A stretch of 64,000 nt of DNA from contig JALGSV010000016.1 in NCBI GenBank assembly GCA_029821755.1, forward strand, positions 12,372 through 76,371. The letters are read 5' to 3'. The DNA comes from Candidatus Zipacnadum vermilionense. GTDB taxonomy: Bacteria; Armatimonadota; Zipacnadia; Zipacnadales; Zipacnadaceae. Positions within the stretch are counted from its first letter, which is position 1, and the number at the start of each line of letters is the position of its first letter. The translations under genes and the position numbers were made by a program. A model generated the notes under the pieces. The model saw nothing but the letters and a program-made list of their open reading frames with translations. It ran no database searches and had not been told where the DNA came from. This document shows positions 37,940 through 47,070 of the stretch, one piece after another.

Positions 37940-39000
37940 GGCAGACCGGTTCCGTCCCCCTCCCCACCCCCTCCTCCCGAGCGTAGCGAGGGAGAAGGGG
38001 CAGGGGGTGAGGCTCCACTCACGCGCGTGACCTCGGCGACGAAGGCGGCGTAGTCGCGGCTGGGCAAGAAACTGAGATTACTGCGGTTGAAGAGGACTAC
38101 GAAACAGGTGCCCCCCAGAAACAGCCCGCACTGCACGAAGAAGGCGAGCACCACCAGACCGGCGGCCAGTCCCCACCCCTGGAACGGTGCGCTCGTCCCG
38201 GCATAGGTGGCCCATATGACGCCGCCTGCCACCAGCGCGAGTACAAACAGCGCCGCCAGGCCGATGAGGGCTCGTACGCAGATCGATTCGGCGAATACAG
38301 ACAACGCGGTGAAACCATGAATCACCAAGCTGGTCAGGTTCATGTGGCTCCGGCCTGACAGCCGCGTCCCCCGCGCGGTCGGGAGCCCCTCATACGGCAG
38401 CCGCGCCTTCAACACCGTAGCGGCGTAGTGGCTCCACAGCTCCGCGCTGGTCCCCAACGCCGGTAACAGCGCGGCGGGCACGGCGCTGAAGTTGCCGAAG
38501 CGCACCCGGATCCCGGTCAACACCCAGTGCATGAAGCGGTACAGCGCATAGCCCGCCTGGAACAGCAGGCCCTCCGAGCGACGAGTACGTTCGGCAAAGA
38601 TGACCTTGCCCCCCCCGGCCTGGCGGAACCGCTCCCTCAGGCGGGGGATATCCTCTGGCTTATCCTCGCCGTCGGCGTCCATGATGAGGACCGACTCGCC
38701 GGTGTCCTGCGCGCCCAGGTAGGCTAGCCCGATGCACAGGGCCCGCTGATGCCCCAGATTGCGCCGCAGGCGCAGCACTTCGATGGAGGTCAAGGCCTGG
38801 GGCGAGTGCGCGATCAGGGAGGCGGGAGCCGCCTCCGGGGAGCCGTCATCCACCAGCAGCACGCGGGCCTGCTGCCCCACGCCGGTCAGGACGCGGTCAA
38901 CCTGCTGCAACAGGAGGCTCACCGCCTCCCAATCCTGGTAGACTGGTAGCAACAGCACCCACCGCTCGTCGCTCCGATCCAGCCTGGCTATATGCCTCAC
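37936..39000 (-). CDS. glycosyltransferase family 2 (DPM1-like) with C-terminal TM segments
   Basis: GT-A fold with the VDDGS...DADG(E/D) DXD motif and 2-3 C-terminal TM helices. Confidence 0.8.
   Translation of the reverse strand: MRHIARLDRSDERWVLLLPVYQDWEAVSLLLQQVDRVLTGVGQQARVLLVDDGSPEAAPASLIAHSPQALTSIEVLRLRRNLGHQRALCIGLAYLGAQDTGESVLIMDADGEDKPEDIPRLRERFRQAGGGKVIFAERTRRSEGLLFQAGYALYRFMHWVLTGIRVRFGNFSAVPAALLPALGTSAELWSHYAATVLKARLPYEGLPTARGTRLSGRSHMNLTSLVIHGFTALSVFAESICVRALIGLAALFVLALVAGGVIWATYAGTSAPFQGWGLAAGLVVLAFFVQCGLFLGGTCFVVLFNRSNLSFLPSRDYAAFVAEVTRVSGASPPAPSPSLRSGGGGGEGDGTGLP
37958..38016. repeat. REP-like family 1 copy
   Basis: ...CCTCCTCCCGAGCGTAGCGAGGGAGAAGGGGCAGGGGGTGAGGCTCC. Confidence 0.7.
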
Positions 39001-39045
39001 TCTCCCCTCCGCGTGGGGCGGCCTTCCCGCCCGCCATTCCGACCC

Positions 39046-40065
39046 CTACTCCCACTGTGCCCCATACCTCGAATCCCGCAGCATCCGGTTCCGGTGCCTC
39101 TTCCCCGGCCCCAGATTATACCACACCCAATACCACGAGTTGGCCCCCCAGCAGCAGAGATTGAAAACGCAGGTCTCGAACACACACCGCGCGCACCGCC
39201 CATGCCCCAGTGCCCTCTCCACCCGCGACACCAGATTGTCCTGCGCCGGCGCGAAGCTCACCGCCAGGCTGTCGGGATCGGGACCGGCGATCTCCATCTT
39301 CGTCCGGTCCAGCGTCCCCAGCCCAGCCTCGGCGCATTCCCGCAGGTGCTCTATCCGCGGTGGGTCGAAGCCCATGATCGTCGCCGCCACCGCATCCAGT
39401 GCGACTAGGTCCCCGGAGGCCAGCACCAGGTCCATCACTCGCGGCCGCCCCGACTTCGGCCCCTTCCCCTCCAGGCATATCGTCGCATCCATCACCGCAA
39501 ACCGCACCCCCAGCGCCCGGTTCAGGTCGGCGATCGCCGCATGCACCACCCCATGATACCGGTGCCGATCCTGGGGCAGGCACCCCCACTGGTTCTTCAG
39601 TGCCCCGGTGAGGGTGGTCTTGTTGTGGGTCTTCATCACCGGAATGGTGATGATCTCCGTCCGCAGTAGAAGTTTCGGTAGGGAAATCGTGGGCAGCACC
39701 CGCGCTCCCGGCACTTCTACCTCCACGAACTCCTCCCCAGCCAGATTGACCCACTCCAGGTCATACTCGCGAATCAGCCGGTCCATCCGCGTCTGCCGCA
39801 GAGCCCGTTCGCAATCCGCCAGTATCTGATCCGCCTCCACCACATATATCCGCCCCACGTAATCGCGGATAGTCTGGACCACCCCTTCCACCACCCAAGG
39901 CGAGGTAACCGCCCCCGGCAGAAACAGATCCCACCCCAGGTTAGGCTTGAGACAGACCTCCGCCCCCGGCGAGACAAAGCGCTTCCACTCCGCCGCCTCC
40001 ATGCAGGTCCGGACGGCGGCGGGGACGGATTCGGAGGTAGTTGGATAGAGGGATACCGTACTCAT
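39046..40065 (-). CDS. DUF362 domain-containing protein
   Basis: DUF362-like core. Start set at the internal ATG (MSTVSLYP), verified at 40063-40065; the 81-aa extension is non-coding-like. Confidence 0.6.
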   Translation of the reverse strand: MSTVSLYPTTSESVPAAVRTCMEAAEWKRFVSPGAEVCLKPNLGWDLFLPGAVTSPWVVEGVVQTIRDYVGRIYVVEADQILADCERALRQTRMDRLIREYDLEWVNLAGEEFVEVEVPGARVLPTISLPKLLLRTEIITIPVMKTHNKTTLTGALKNQWGCLPQDRHRYHGVVHAAIADLNRALGVRFAVMDATICLEGKGPKSGRPRVMDLVLASGDLVALDAVAATIMGFDPPRIEHLRECAEAGLGTLDRTKMEIAGPDPDSLAVSFAPAQDNLVSRVERALGHGRCARCVFETCVFNLCCWGANSWYWVWYNLGPGKRHRNRMLRDSRYGAQWE

Positions 40066-40210
40066 TGCGTAGGGGGGATGGCCTGCGGGAAAATGGGGAC
40101 AGGCGCGTTCTGCGCGGCAAAATATGCCTGTCCCGATTCTTTCCGCCCAGGTAACAACGACCAAAACTCCCATGCCACGCCGCGTGACAGACGATCTTCT
40201 GGCGTGGCAG

Positions 40211-40639
40211 CTACCGCGATAGCTGGTCATTGAGCCAGGCCATGCGTTCGCCGATGCGCAGACGGTGCAGGGGCTCGTCGACCTCGAATCCGCGTCGCTC
40301 CAGTTCATCTCGGAGCAGCCCTACGTACACAGAGCCAGCCAACATCACAATCCGGTCGTCCGGTTCCAGGACTTGCCCCAGGGAGCTCAGTACCTTGCCC
40401 GCCCAACGGGATCGCGCGGCGGGGCCAATTCTCTTCAGATCAACCTCGTACCACTCAACGGCGTCGTCCGGTTCTAGCAGGCCGTAGTGGTCAGATAGGA
40501 TGTACCAGCGATCGGCCTCCCTCTCGGCCAACGCCCGCATCTTGTGGAACAGGGGAGAGGTGTACAGATCTCGCGCTCGCCTCTGGCCCGGCCGCTCGTC
40601 CTTCGTCTTCACACAGGTTATCAGGTACACCAGAGCCAT
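40211..40639 (-). CDS. hypothetical cytoplasmic protein (DUF-type)
   Basis: Only the C-terminal 142 aa of ORF 40211..41170 are real; the rest is antisense of nth. ATG verified at 40637-40639. Confidence 0.5.
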   Translation of the reverse strand: MALVYLITCVKTKDERPGQRRARDLYTSPLFHKMRALAEREADRWYILSDHYGLLEPDDAVEWYEVDLKRIGPAARSRWAGKVLSSLGQVLEPDDRIVMLAGSVYVGLLRDELERRGFEVDEPLHRLRIGERMAWLNDQLSR

Positions 40640-40650
40640 TGTCGACCTCC

Positions 40651-41349
40651 TCAGGCGCTCTGTTTCACCCCCACCTTCGGGCAAACCCCCTCCAGCCCGC
40701 ACCCCTCGCACCTCGGCTTCCGGGCCGCGCAGGTCTCCCTGCCGTGCAGGATGACCGCTTCGCCCCAGAAGATCCATTCCTTCTTCGGCAGCAGCGCCAT
40801 CAGGTCCTTCTCTATCTTGTCCGGGTTGGTTTGCTCGGTCAGGCCCAGGCGGTAGGTGATGCGCTTGACGTGAGTGTCCACCACCACCCCCTCCGCTAGC
40901 CCCCAGACCGCGCCGAGCACCACGTTCGCGGTCTTGCGCGCCACGCCGGGCAGGCGGATCAGCTCCTCCATCTTCCGCGGGACCTCCCCGCCGAATTCCT
41001 CCACCAGCGTCTGGCCCATCCCCATGATATTCTTCGCCTTGTTGCGGAAGAAGCCGGTGCGGTGGATCAGCTTCTCCAACTCCGCCGGGTCGGCCTCGGC
41101 GTAGTCGCGAGCGGTCTGGTACTGCTGGAAGAGGGCGGGGGTGACGTCGTTCACCGTCTTGTCGAGGCACTGGGCGGAAAGGATGGTCGCCACCAGCATC
41201 TCCAGGGGGGAGCGGTAGTGCAGGGCGGTGACGGCCTCGGGGTACTTCTGGTGAAGGCGCTTGAGGATCTCGCGGAGCCGCTTCCTCTGTTTCCTGTCAG
41301 CCGCCTGTATCACCGCTGTCAGCCTCCTGGATTGTTTCACGTGAAACAT
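40651..41349 (-). CDS. nth: endonuclease III (DNA-(apurinic/apyrimidinic site) lyase)
   Basis: HhH-GPD motif (LPGVARKTANVVL) and the C-X6-C-X2-C-X5-C [4Fe-4S] loop. The start is ambiguous, at 41349 or 41358. Confidence 0.88.
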   Translation of the reverse strand: MFHVKQSRRLTAVIQAADRKQRKRLREILKRLHQKYPEAVTALHYRSPLEMLVATILSAQCLDKTVNDVTPALFQQYQTARDYAEADPAELEKLIHRTGFFRNKAKNIMGMGQTLVEEFGGEVPRKMEELIRLPGVARKTANVVLGAVWGLAEGVVVDTHVKRITYRLGLTEQTNPDKIEKDLMALLPKKEWIFWGEAVILHGRETCAARKPRCEGCGLEGVCPKVGVKQSA

Positions 41350-41812
41350 GTGTTTCACGTGAGACCTTCCCCTCCGGAGCGCGCCACATCCGCCAGAACA
41401 GCCACGCGCAGGCGGCCAGCAGGATCGCGTCGTGGAAGAGCAGGCTCCAGGCCTCGCCCTTGCCCTCCTGCGAGGTGGTAAAGCAGCCGCAGTGCAGGTC
41501 GCTGTAGCCCTGCGCCAAGGCCGCGGTGATCGCCCCCATGAACATCACCGTCATCCCCGTCCCCACCAGCGCCGCGCTGGGCGTCCACAGCCCGACGATC
41601 AAGAACAGCGCGACGGTCACCTCCACATACGGCAGCATCAGCGCAAAGGGGTTGATGCCCCAGGCCGGTAGCAGGTTGTAGTCCTTGACGATGTCGGCGA
41701 AGCGGTCGGGGTGGGCGATCTTGTCCACGGAGGCCCAGACAAAGACGGCGGCGATGGCCAGCCGCAGAGCGAGGTTGAGGAACCAGGGAGCGGAGAAGCG
41801 GGGGGCGCTCAT
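41297..41812 (-). CDS. DoxX/MauE-family membrane protein
   Basis: Four TM helices and a DoxX-like CGC motif. Only the last 171 aa of ORF 41297..42490 are real. 4-nt overlap with the rhodanese stop. Confidence 0.7.
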   Translation of the reverse strand: MSAPRFSAPWFLNLALRLAIAAVFVWASVDKIAHPDRFADIVKDYNLLPAWGINPFALMLPYVEVTVALFLIVGLWTPSAALVGTGMTVMFMGAITAALAQGYSDLHCGCFTTSQEGKGEAWSLLFHDAILLAACAWLFWRMWRAPEGKVSRETHVSRETIQEADSGDTGG

Positions 41813-42360
41813 GGCTTGGCTTCCCACCCCAACTCCCCCCGGGCATGGCCGCCGGTGGTGGGGTAGCCGGCCTGCTCCCAGGCTTTGTACCCGACGGTGA
41901 GGAGGCTGACTTGCAGTTTCGGCAACTGCTTGGCCACCCGCACCGCCTCGCCGCAAGGCTGGTCGGCGCCGTAGATCACCACGCGCGTCCCCGGGGTGAG
42001 CTTGCCGCCCTCGCGCTCGAGGGCTTGGCTGAACTCCCGGTAAGGCATCTCCAGTGCGCCGGAAATGTGCTTGAAGATGTAGTCGGCATGCGGGCGGGCG
42101 TCGATGAACAGCACGCCGGGCTCCTGCCAGAGCGCGTGCGCCGGGGCGGCATCGATCTGCTGGATCCTCTCCCACCACGCCGCCGGCACCCCCGGACAAG
42201 GGACCTCCCAGGAGGGCGCCCCGGCCACCAGCGGCAGCCCTGCCGGCCGCGCCGCATTGACCACCACCGCCACCAGGCACCCCAGGGCGACGATGATCAC
42301 GCAACGCAGGAGGAGCGCGAAGAGGGAGAGGCCGGTTGGGCGGCGGGGCCGATTCTTCAT
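41809..42360 (-). CDS. rhodanese-domain membrane-anchored protein
   Basis: N-terminal TM segment and a rhodanese fold, with the active-site Cys loop in YGADQPCGEAVR. Confidence 0.7.
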   Translation of the reverse strand: MKNRPRRPTGLSLFALLLRCVIIVALGCLVAVVVNAARPAGLPLVAGAPSWEVPCPGVPAAWWERIQQIDAAPAHALWQEPGVLFIDARPHADYIFKHISGALEMPYREFSQALEREGGKLTPGTRVVIYGADQPCGEAVRVAKQLPKLQVSLLTVGYKAWEQAGYPTTGGHARGELGWEAKP

Positions 42361-42444
42361 GGGTTGGGTGAGTGGGCTGCGGCGACTCCACCATCTGCGC
42401 GAGGGCCCAGGCCGCCTCCACCAAGGGGCTGGCCGGGGCCGCGG

Positions 42445-43251
42445 TCACTCCACCTTTATCTTCGACACATCCACGCTCGGTTTGGGCCACTGGGGGGCCA
42501 TCTCTCGGAGCGTTGTCACCATTATATCAGCAACCTGCAGGTTGCGGTACCACTTGCGATTGGCGGGTATGACGTGCCACGGGGCGTACTCGGTACTGCA
42601 GCGGGTGAGGGTTTCCTCGTAGGCCTCCACATAGTCATCCCACCGCCGCCGCTCGGGGATATCACTCGCCGATATCTTCCACTGCTTGGTCGGATCTTCA
42701 AGGCGCTCCTCCAGCCGCCGCTTCTGCTCCTCCTTGGAGATGTGGAGGAATAGCTTGATCACTCGAGTGCCGCTTTCGTGCAGCATTTGCTCGAACTCGT
42801 TGATTTGGTCGTAGCGCTTCTTCCAGACCGACTTGGGCACCAGCTTGTGGACGCGTACCACCAGCACGTCCTCGTAGTGGGAGCGGTTGAAGACGGCGAG
42901 GTGCCCACGGGGAGGGGTATGCTGATGGACGCGCCAGAGAAAATCGTGGGCCAGCTCTTCAGTCGAGGGCTCCTTGAAGGAGGTCACTGCGCAGCCCTGG
43001 GGATTCAGGCCGCGCATCACGTGGGAGATGGTGCCGTCCTTGCCGGCGGCGTCCAGACCCTGCAGGATGATCAGCAGTGCCTGGCAGTTCTCGGCATAGA
43101 GGCGCTCCTGCAACTCGCAGAGCGTCTCCAGGTCGGCCTTCAGCTTCTTGGTCACCTCTGGATCGCGCTTGGCGAGACCGCCGCACTCGTCAGGATCGTG
43201 GTCGCGCAAGCGGACAGGGCTGCCGGGCTTGACGGCGGTCTTGTGGGCCAT
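42445..43251 (-). CDS. polyphosphate kinase 2 (PPK2, polyphosphate:nucleotide phosphotransferase)
   Basis: Walker A (LQGLDAAGKDG) and lid motifs. Start at the internal ATG (MAHKTAV), verified at 43249-43251. Confidence 0.85.
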   Translation of the reverse strand: MAHKTAVKPGSPVRLRDHDPDECGGLAKRDPEVTKKLKADLETLCELQERLYAENCQALLIILQGLDAAGKDGTISHVMRGLNPQGCAVTSFKEPSTEELAHDFLWRVHQHTPPRGHLAVFNRSHYEDVLVVRVHKLVPKSVWKKRYDQINEFEQMLHESGTRVIKLFLHISKEEQKRRLEERLEDPTKQWKISASDIPERRRWDDYVEAYEETLTRCSTEYAPWHVIPANRKWYRNLQVADIMVTTLREMAPQWPKPSVDVSKIKVE

Positions 43252-43483
43252 GACTGGCGCACCTCCAAAGGGTCCGCGGCATCGAGCACGTGCAGGCCCT
43301 GGGCCGGATACTTGCGCGTGCCCGGCGCAGACGCCGGTCGTGCTCGTCCTCGGCCCCTCCGTTGAGCCACCCGCCCCGCGCGTCCTCATCCCCAAATCGC
43401 AGACGCCCACGACCGTTCGCAGCGGCACGTGGACGCCTCCGGCAATCCGCTGAGTTGTCTGCGGAGGCAACTACTGGTGGGTG

Positions 43484-43768
43484 TTACCAGCCGCCGCCGC
43501 CACGCCCGCCGCCGCCACCGCCCGTGCGCTGTGGGCGCGCCTCGTTGACCGTTAACGCCCGACCGCCCATGTCCTTGCCGTTCATAGCGTCGATGGCCTT
43601 CTGAGCCTCTTCCGCGTCGCCTATCTCGACAAAACCAAAGCCCCGTGACCGGCCGGTCTCGCTATCCCGGATCACGACCGCGTCGTCTACGGCGCCGAAC
43701 GCCTCAAACTCGGCCCGCAGAGTCTCCTCCGTGGTGGAATACGGCAGATTCCCTACATAGATACGCAT
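43484..43768 (-). CDS. RRM-type RNA-binding protein with Gly-rich tail
   Basis: RNP-2 (IYVGNL) and RNP-1 (RGFGFVEI) motifs, then a GGGGGGRGGGGW tail. Confidence 0.88.
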   Translation of the reverse strand: MRIYVGNLPYSTTEETLRAEFEAFGAVDDAVVIRDSETGRSRGFGFVEIGDAEEAQKAIDAMNGKDMGGRALTVNEARPQRTGGGGGGRGGGGW

Positions 43769-44111
43769 TCCGACTCTCCTTCGCGCCTCGGGTAGGCGCC
43801 TGTAGTGATAGCACGGGCCCTGACGAGAAGCAAAGGAGCAAGCATTCGAGGCTTCAGCGGATGGTCTGCGGCCGCGGCGACTTCACTTTCCTTCTGTCGA
43901 GCATAAGGCATTGTAGCGAATTGCGGATAAAATGCAAGCTCCCCCGGCGGGTGTGACCTCCATCCATCGGCAAAGGGCCAGGCGGCTCCAGGTTCCCGGC
44001 CAAGAACCGGCGGAGGGGGAGAGGAGGAGGGAGACAGAAAGCCTGGCGCGAACGAGGGGCGCTCGCGCCAGGCGCGCTACGAGCGGCTGCGGTCTCGAGG
44101 ACAGCCCGGAC

Positions 44112-44438
44112 TTAGAATCCTGGCGGATGAGGCGGCGGCGGCCCGCCTGGGAAAGCCATCCCCGGCGGCATCAGGAACGCCGCCCCGACTACCTTCACTT
44201 CCTTGGGGTCCACCTTGTAGATCACATTGCCGAGGACGACGTAGATGAACCCCTCGAAGGTCATCACTACCGGCGGGGACATGGGCATCCCAAAGCCGCC
44301 GGGCCACATTCCGCCGCCCGGACCGCCGGGCGGGGCCCCGGGTGGACCTCCCGCGCCTGGCGGCCGCGGCTGCGCGTAGGCCGCCAGACTCAGAACCATC
44401 AACAGCACCACCAACGACAGGACTAGCCAGAATCTCAC
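44112..44438 (-). CDS. small secreted Gly/Pro-rich protein, paralog A (unknown family)
   Basis: GTG start with GGAGGAG 7 nt upstream. Signal peptide VRFWLVLSLVVLLMVLSLAAYAQ, then the conserved core FEGFIYVVLGNVIYKVDPKEVKVVGAAFLMPPG. A hairpin terminator lies at 44042-44075. Confidence 0.6.
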   Translation of the reverse strand: MRFWLVLSLVVLLMVLSLAAYAQPRPPGAGGPPGAPPGGPGGGMWPGGFGMPMSPPVVMTFEGFIYVVLGNVIYKVDPKEVKVVGAAFLMPPGMAFPGGPPPPHPPGF

Positions 44439-44651
44439 AGGGCACTCCTCCTTGGGGGAACGGTCGGCCCGGACGACGCCGCGACGACTGTCCCTTCGCG
44501 TTGTATCGATAACGACTCTCGACCGGACAGCACACAACACGCATGCGGCGAGTCGGGATTCGCCTGGCGAATCGAAACTCGCCTTAGCCCGCGCCCTGTG
44601 TGGATCGAGCAACCGCTAACGCGACGGCCGAGGCCGTGCGACCAGGTGGGC

Positions 44652-45035
44652 TTACCCTCCGGGGGCAGGCGCCAGCGGCGTAGCCACGGCCGGCCCGGCG
44701 GTCACCACGCCCGGCGGCATCAGGAACGCAGCCCCAACCACCTTCATCTCTTGGGGGTCTACCTTGTAGATGACGTTCCCCAGGATGACGAAGATGAAGC
44801 CCTCGAAGATCATCGCTACGGGCGGGGGCGTCTGGGCCCGGGCGCGCATGGCCCGGAAAGCGTTAGCAAGCCCCTGGGCGCGCTGCCCGGCGTTGTCGCC
44901 ACGGTTGAAACCGCGGCCCTCGCCGTCGTTCTGCGCTCCCGGCGCGGGGCCCCCGGCGTTGGCGCCCTGGGCGTAGGTAGCCACGCATAGTACCAGCAGA
45001 AGCACAACCACCATCATTACCGTCAATAGCTTCAC
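44652..45035 (-). CDS. small secreted Gly/Ala-rich protein, paralog B (unknown family)
   Basis: GTG start with GGAGG 9 nt upstream. Signal peptide VKLLTVMMVVVLLLVLCVATYAQ, then the same conserved core (FEGFIFVILGNVIYKVDPQEMKVVGAAFLMPPG). Confidence 0.6.
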   Translation of the reverse strand: MKLLTVMMVVVLLLVLCVATYAQGANAGGPAPGAQNDGEGRGFNRGDNAGQRAQGLANAFRAMRARAQTPPPVAMIFEGFIFVILGNVIYKVDPQEMKVVGAAFLMPPGVVTAGPAVATPLAPAPGG

Positions 45036-45115
45036 GATGCTTACCTCCTGATGACCAAGGACCAGATCGGCGCTGCAGCGCCGCACTGGTCACGGAACTA
45101 TTCCGTCGTCCGGCC

Positions 45116-45868
45116 TTAGAGTCCCATCTTCCGCAGGTTCTCCAAACAGATCTTGACCGACTCCAAGGGCGGGACGGGGTACGACTCTTGCTCCACGATG
45201 TACCATTCGGGCCCGGCGGCCTCCGCGCAAGCCGCGAAGATGCCGGCGTAGTCCTGGTCGTCTTCCCCGATCAGGGAGTTCTCCCGGTGGGCGTAGTCCG
45301 CTTTCAGGTGCACGGTGCGCGCCCGGCCCGGGTACTTGCGCAGGTAGGCGACGGGATCCCCGCCGCCGGCCAGGCAGTTGCCGGTGTCCATCTGCAGGAC
45401 GACGCGGTCCTCGGTGTGGTCGGCGAGGATCTCCCAAGGGATCTCGCCCTCCACCGGCTGGAAGTCGCCGGCATGGCAATGGTAGCCCACGTACATGCCG
45501 TGGGGCTCCAGCTTCTCCGCGAGCTCGTTGAAAAGGGCGGCAGTCTTGCGGTAGTTCGCGGGGCTGCCGGTGTACTCGGCGGGCAGGCCGGGGACGATCA
45601 GGAACTGGTTGCCAATGATCTGGTGGAACTCGACTGTCCTTTCAAAGACGTCCGGCTGCATGGTCTGAATCCCGATATGTGCGCCGCAGACCGACAGACG
45701 CAGATCGTCCAGGGCCCGGCGCACATCCAGGGCCGACCAGTCGAAGAACCCGGCGAACTCCACTCCCTCATAACCCATCTCCGCCACGCTGACCAGACTG
45801 GCGGCGGGGTCATGGGCGGTGTTTTCGCGGATCGAGTACAACTGCAGACCGACAGGGAGGCTGCTCAT
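45116..45868 (-). CDS. sugar phosphate isomerase/epimerase (xylose-isomerase-like TIM barrel)
   Basis: AP_endonuc_2-like fold. Start at the internal ATG (MSSLPVGLQ) with GAGGTGAT upstream; the 110-aa extension is discarded. Confidence 0.8.
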   Translation of the reverse strand: MSSLPVGLQLYSIRENTAHDPAASLVSVAEMGYEGVEFAGFFDWSALDVRRALDDLRLSVCGAHIGIQTMQPDVFERTVEFHQIIGNQFLIVPGLPAEYTGSPANYRKTAALFNELAEKLEPHGMYVGYHCHAGDFQPVEGEIPWEILADHTEDRVVLQMDTGNCLAGGGDPVAYLRKYPGRARTVHLKADYAHRENSLIGEDDQDYAGIFAACAEAAGPEWYIVEQESYPVPPLESVKICLENLRKMGL

Positions 45869-45884
45869 GGGATCACCTCGGAGG

Positions 45885-46025
45885 ACAAGACTTGAGACCT
45901 CAGACTTCAGACCTGAGGTCTGGAGACTGAGACATTGGTGGGACGCACGCGCCTCTTTCGACGCAGGCAGGGAATCCCCTTCGTGCGTCGGTCCAGTCTT
46001 CGGTCCGAGATCTCCGGTCTGAGGT
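45885..46025. repeat. family 4 GACTTCAGAC-type repeat with internal palindromes
   Basis: GACTTGAGACCTCAGACTTCAGACCTGAGGTCTGGAGACTGAGAC ... GGTCTGAGGTCTGCC. Confidence 0.6.
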
Positions 46026-46108
46026 CTGCCTCGCTCTTCCCTTCCGGCCCCCGGCTTGATATACTTAGCAGGTTCTTCACCTGACATACCCTCGGAAGGG
46101 GATGGATA

Positions 46109-46918
46109 ATGTCGCTGTCGCCTGAGCCGATTCGCGTACTGATCACTGGCGCCTGGGGCCAGATGGGGCGCTTTGCCGTCAGCGCCGTTCTGTCGCAACC
46201 CGATATGCAGCTAGTCGCTGCCGTGGATCCCGCCGGAGGCGGACACTCCGTCACGGAGCTGGATCCCCGCGCCGCCGCTGACCTGCTGGGGGCACGCCAG
46301 CTTGGCGCGGCGCTGGAGGAGACCCACCCCGAGGTGATGGTGGACTTCACCTCCCCCGCGGTGGTGCGGGGCAATCTGGAGACCGCGCTCAAGCACGGCG
46401 TGGCCTGCGTGGTGGGGACCACCGGCCTGGGCGAGACAGATCTGAAGATGCTGGACAACATGGCGCGGCGGCATAACACCGCTTGCTTCGTGGCCCCCAA
46501 CTTCAGCCTGGGCGCGAACCTGATGATGCGCTTTGCGGCCGAGGCGGCACCCAGTTACGACTGGGTGGAGATTATTGAGCGCCATCACGAGCGCAAGCAG
46601 GACGCGCCCTCCGGGACGGCCCTGCGCACGGCGGAGTTGATCGCCGAGGCCCGCGAGCGCCCCGTGAGCAGCACCCCGACCACGGCCGACAAGGCCCCGG
46701 GCAGCCGCGGTGGGGAGAAGGAGCACATCCGCATCCACGCCGTGCGCCTCCCCGGCTACGTCGCCAACCAAGAGGTTGTCTTCGGCGGGGCGGGCGAGGT
46801 ACTGCGTATCGAGCATTGCACCACCAGTCGCGAGTGCTTCATGCCGGGGATGCTGCTGGCGGTCCGGAAGGTGAGGGAACTGGAGGGGCTGGTCGTGGGG
46901 CTGGAGAATATCATGTAG
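46109..46918 (+). CDS. dapB: 4-hydroxy-tetrahydrodipicolinate reductase
   Basis: N-terminal Rossmann motif GAWGQMG and the catalytic-domain ERHH..K.D.PSGTA motif. Confidence 0.92.
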   Translation: MSLSPEPIRVLITGAWGQMGRFAVSAVLSQPDMQLVAAVDPAGGGHSVTELDPRAAADLLGARQLGAALEETHPEVMVDFTSPAVVRGNLETALKHGVACVVGTTGLGETDLKMLDNMARRHNTACFVAPNFSLGANLMMRFAAEAAPSYDWVEIIERHHERKQDAPSGTALRTAELIAEARERPVSSTPTTADKAPGSRGGEKEHIRIHAVRLPGYVANQEVVFGGAGEVLRIEHCTTSRECFMPGMLLAVRKVRELEGLVVGLENIM

Positions 46919-47050
46919 CTGGACCGCGTGGGGCGGGCTTTCCAGCCCGCCGCGGGGGAGCCCCACCCCCTGCCCCCTCTCTGCGCACCACAGGTGCGCA
47001 AGCAGGAGAGGGGGTACGGACAGCGCGGGCTGGAAAGCCCGCGCCACGCG
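46918..47050. repeat. composite element: family 2 inverted arms flanking a family 1 copy
   Basis: CCGCGTGGGGCGGGCTTTCCAGCCCGC ... CCCCTGCCCCCTCTC..GAGAGGGGG ... GCGGGCTGGAAAGCCCGCGCCACGCG. Confidence 0.75.
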
Positions 47051-47070
47051 AGACGGACAGGAAGTGACGG

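Noticed and set aside
40640-41170. N-terminal part of ORF 40211..41170
   Set aside because: Antisense of endonuclease III. The real gene is the C-terminal 142 aa.
41813-42490. Upstream 226 codons of the 397-aa ORF 41297..42490
   Set aside because: This part is out of frame over the rhodanese gene and is Pro/Arg/Gly-rich. Only the last 171 aa (DoxX) are real.
44112-44612. Upstream extensions of the two small secreted protein ORFs (full 166/144-aa versions)
   Set aside because: The extended N-termini lack RBS support. GTG codons with strong Shine-Dalgarno sequences sit directly in front of the signal peptides.
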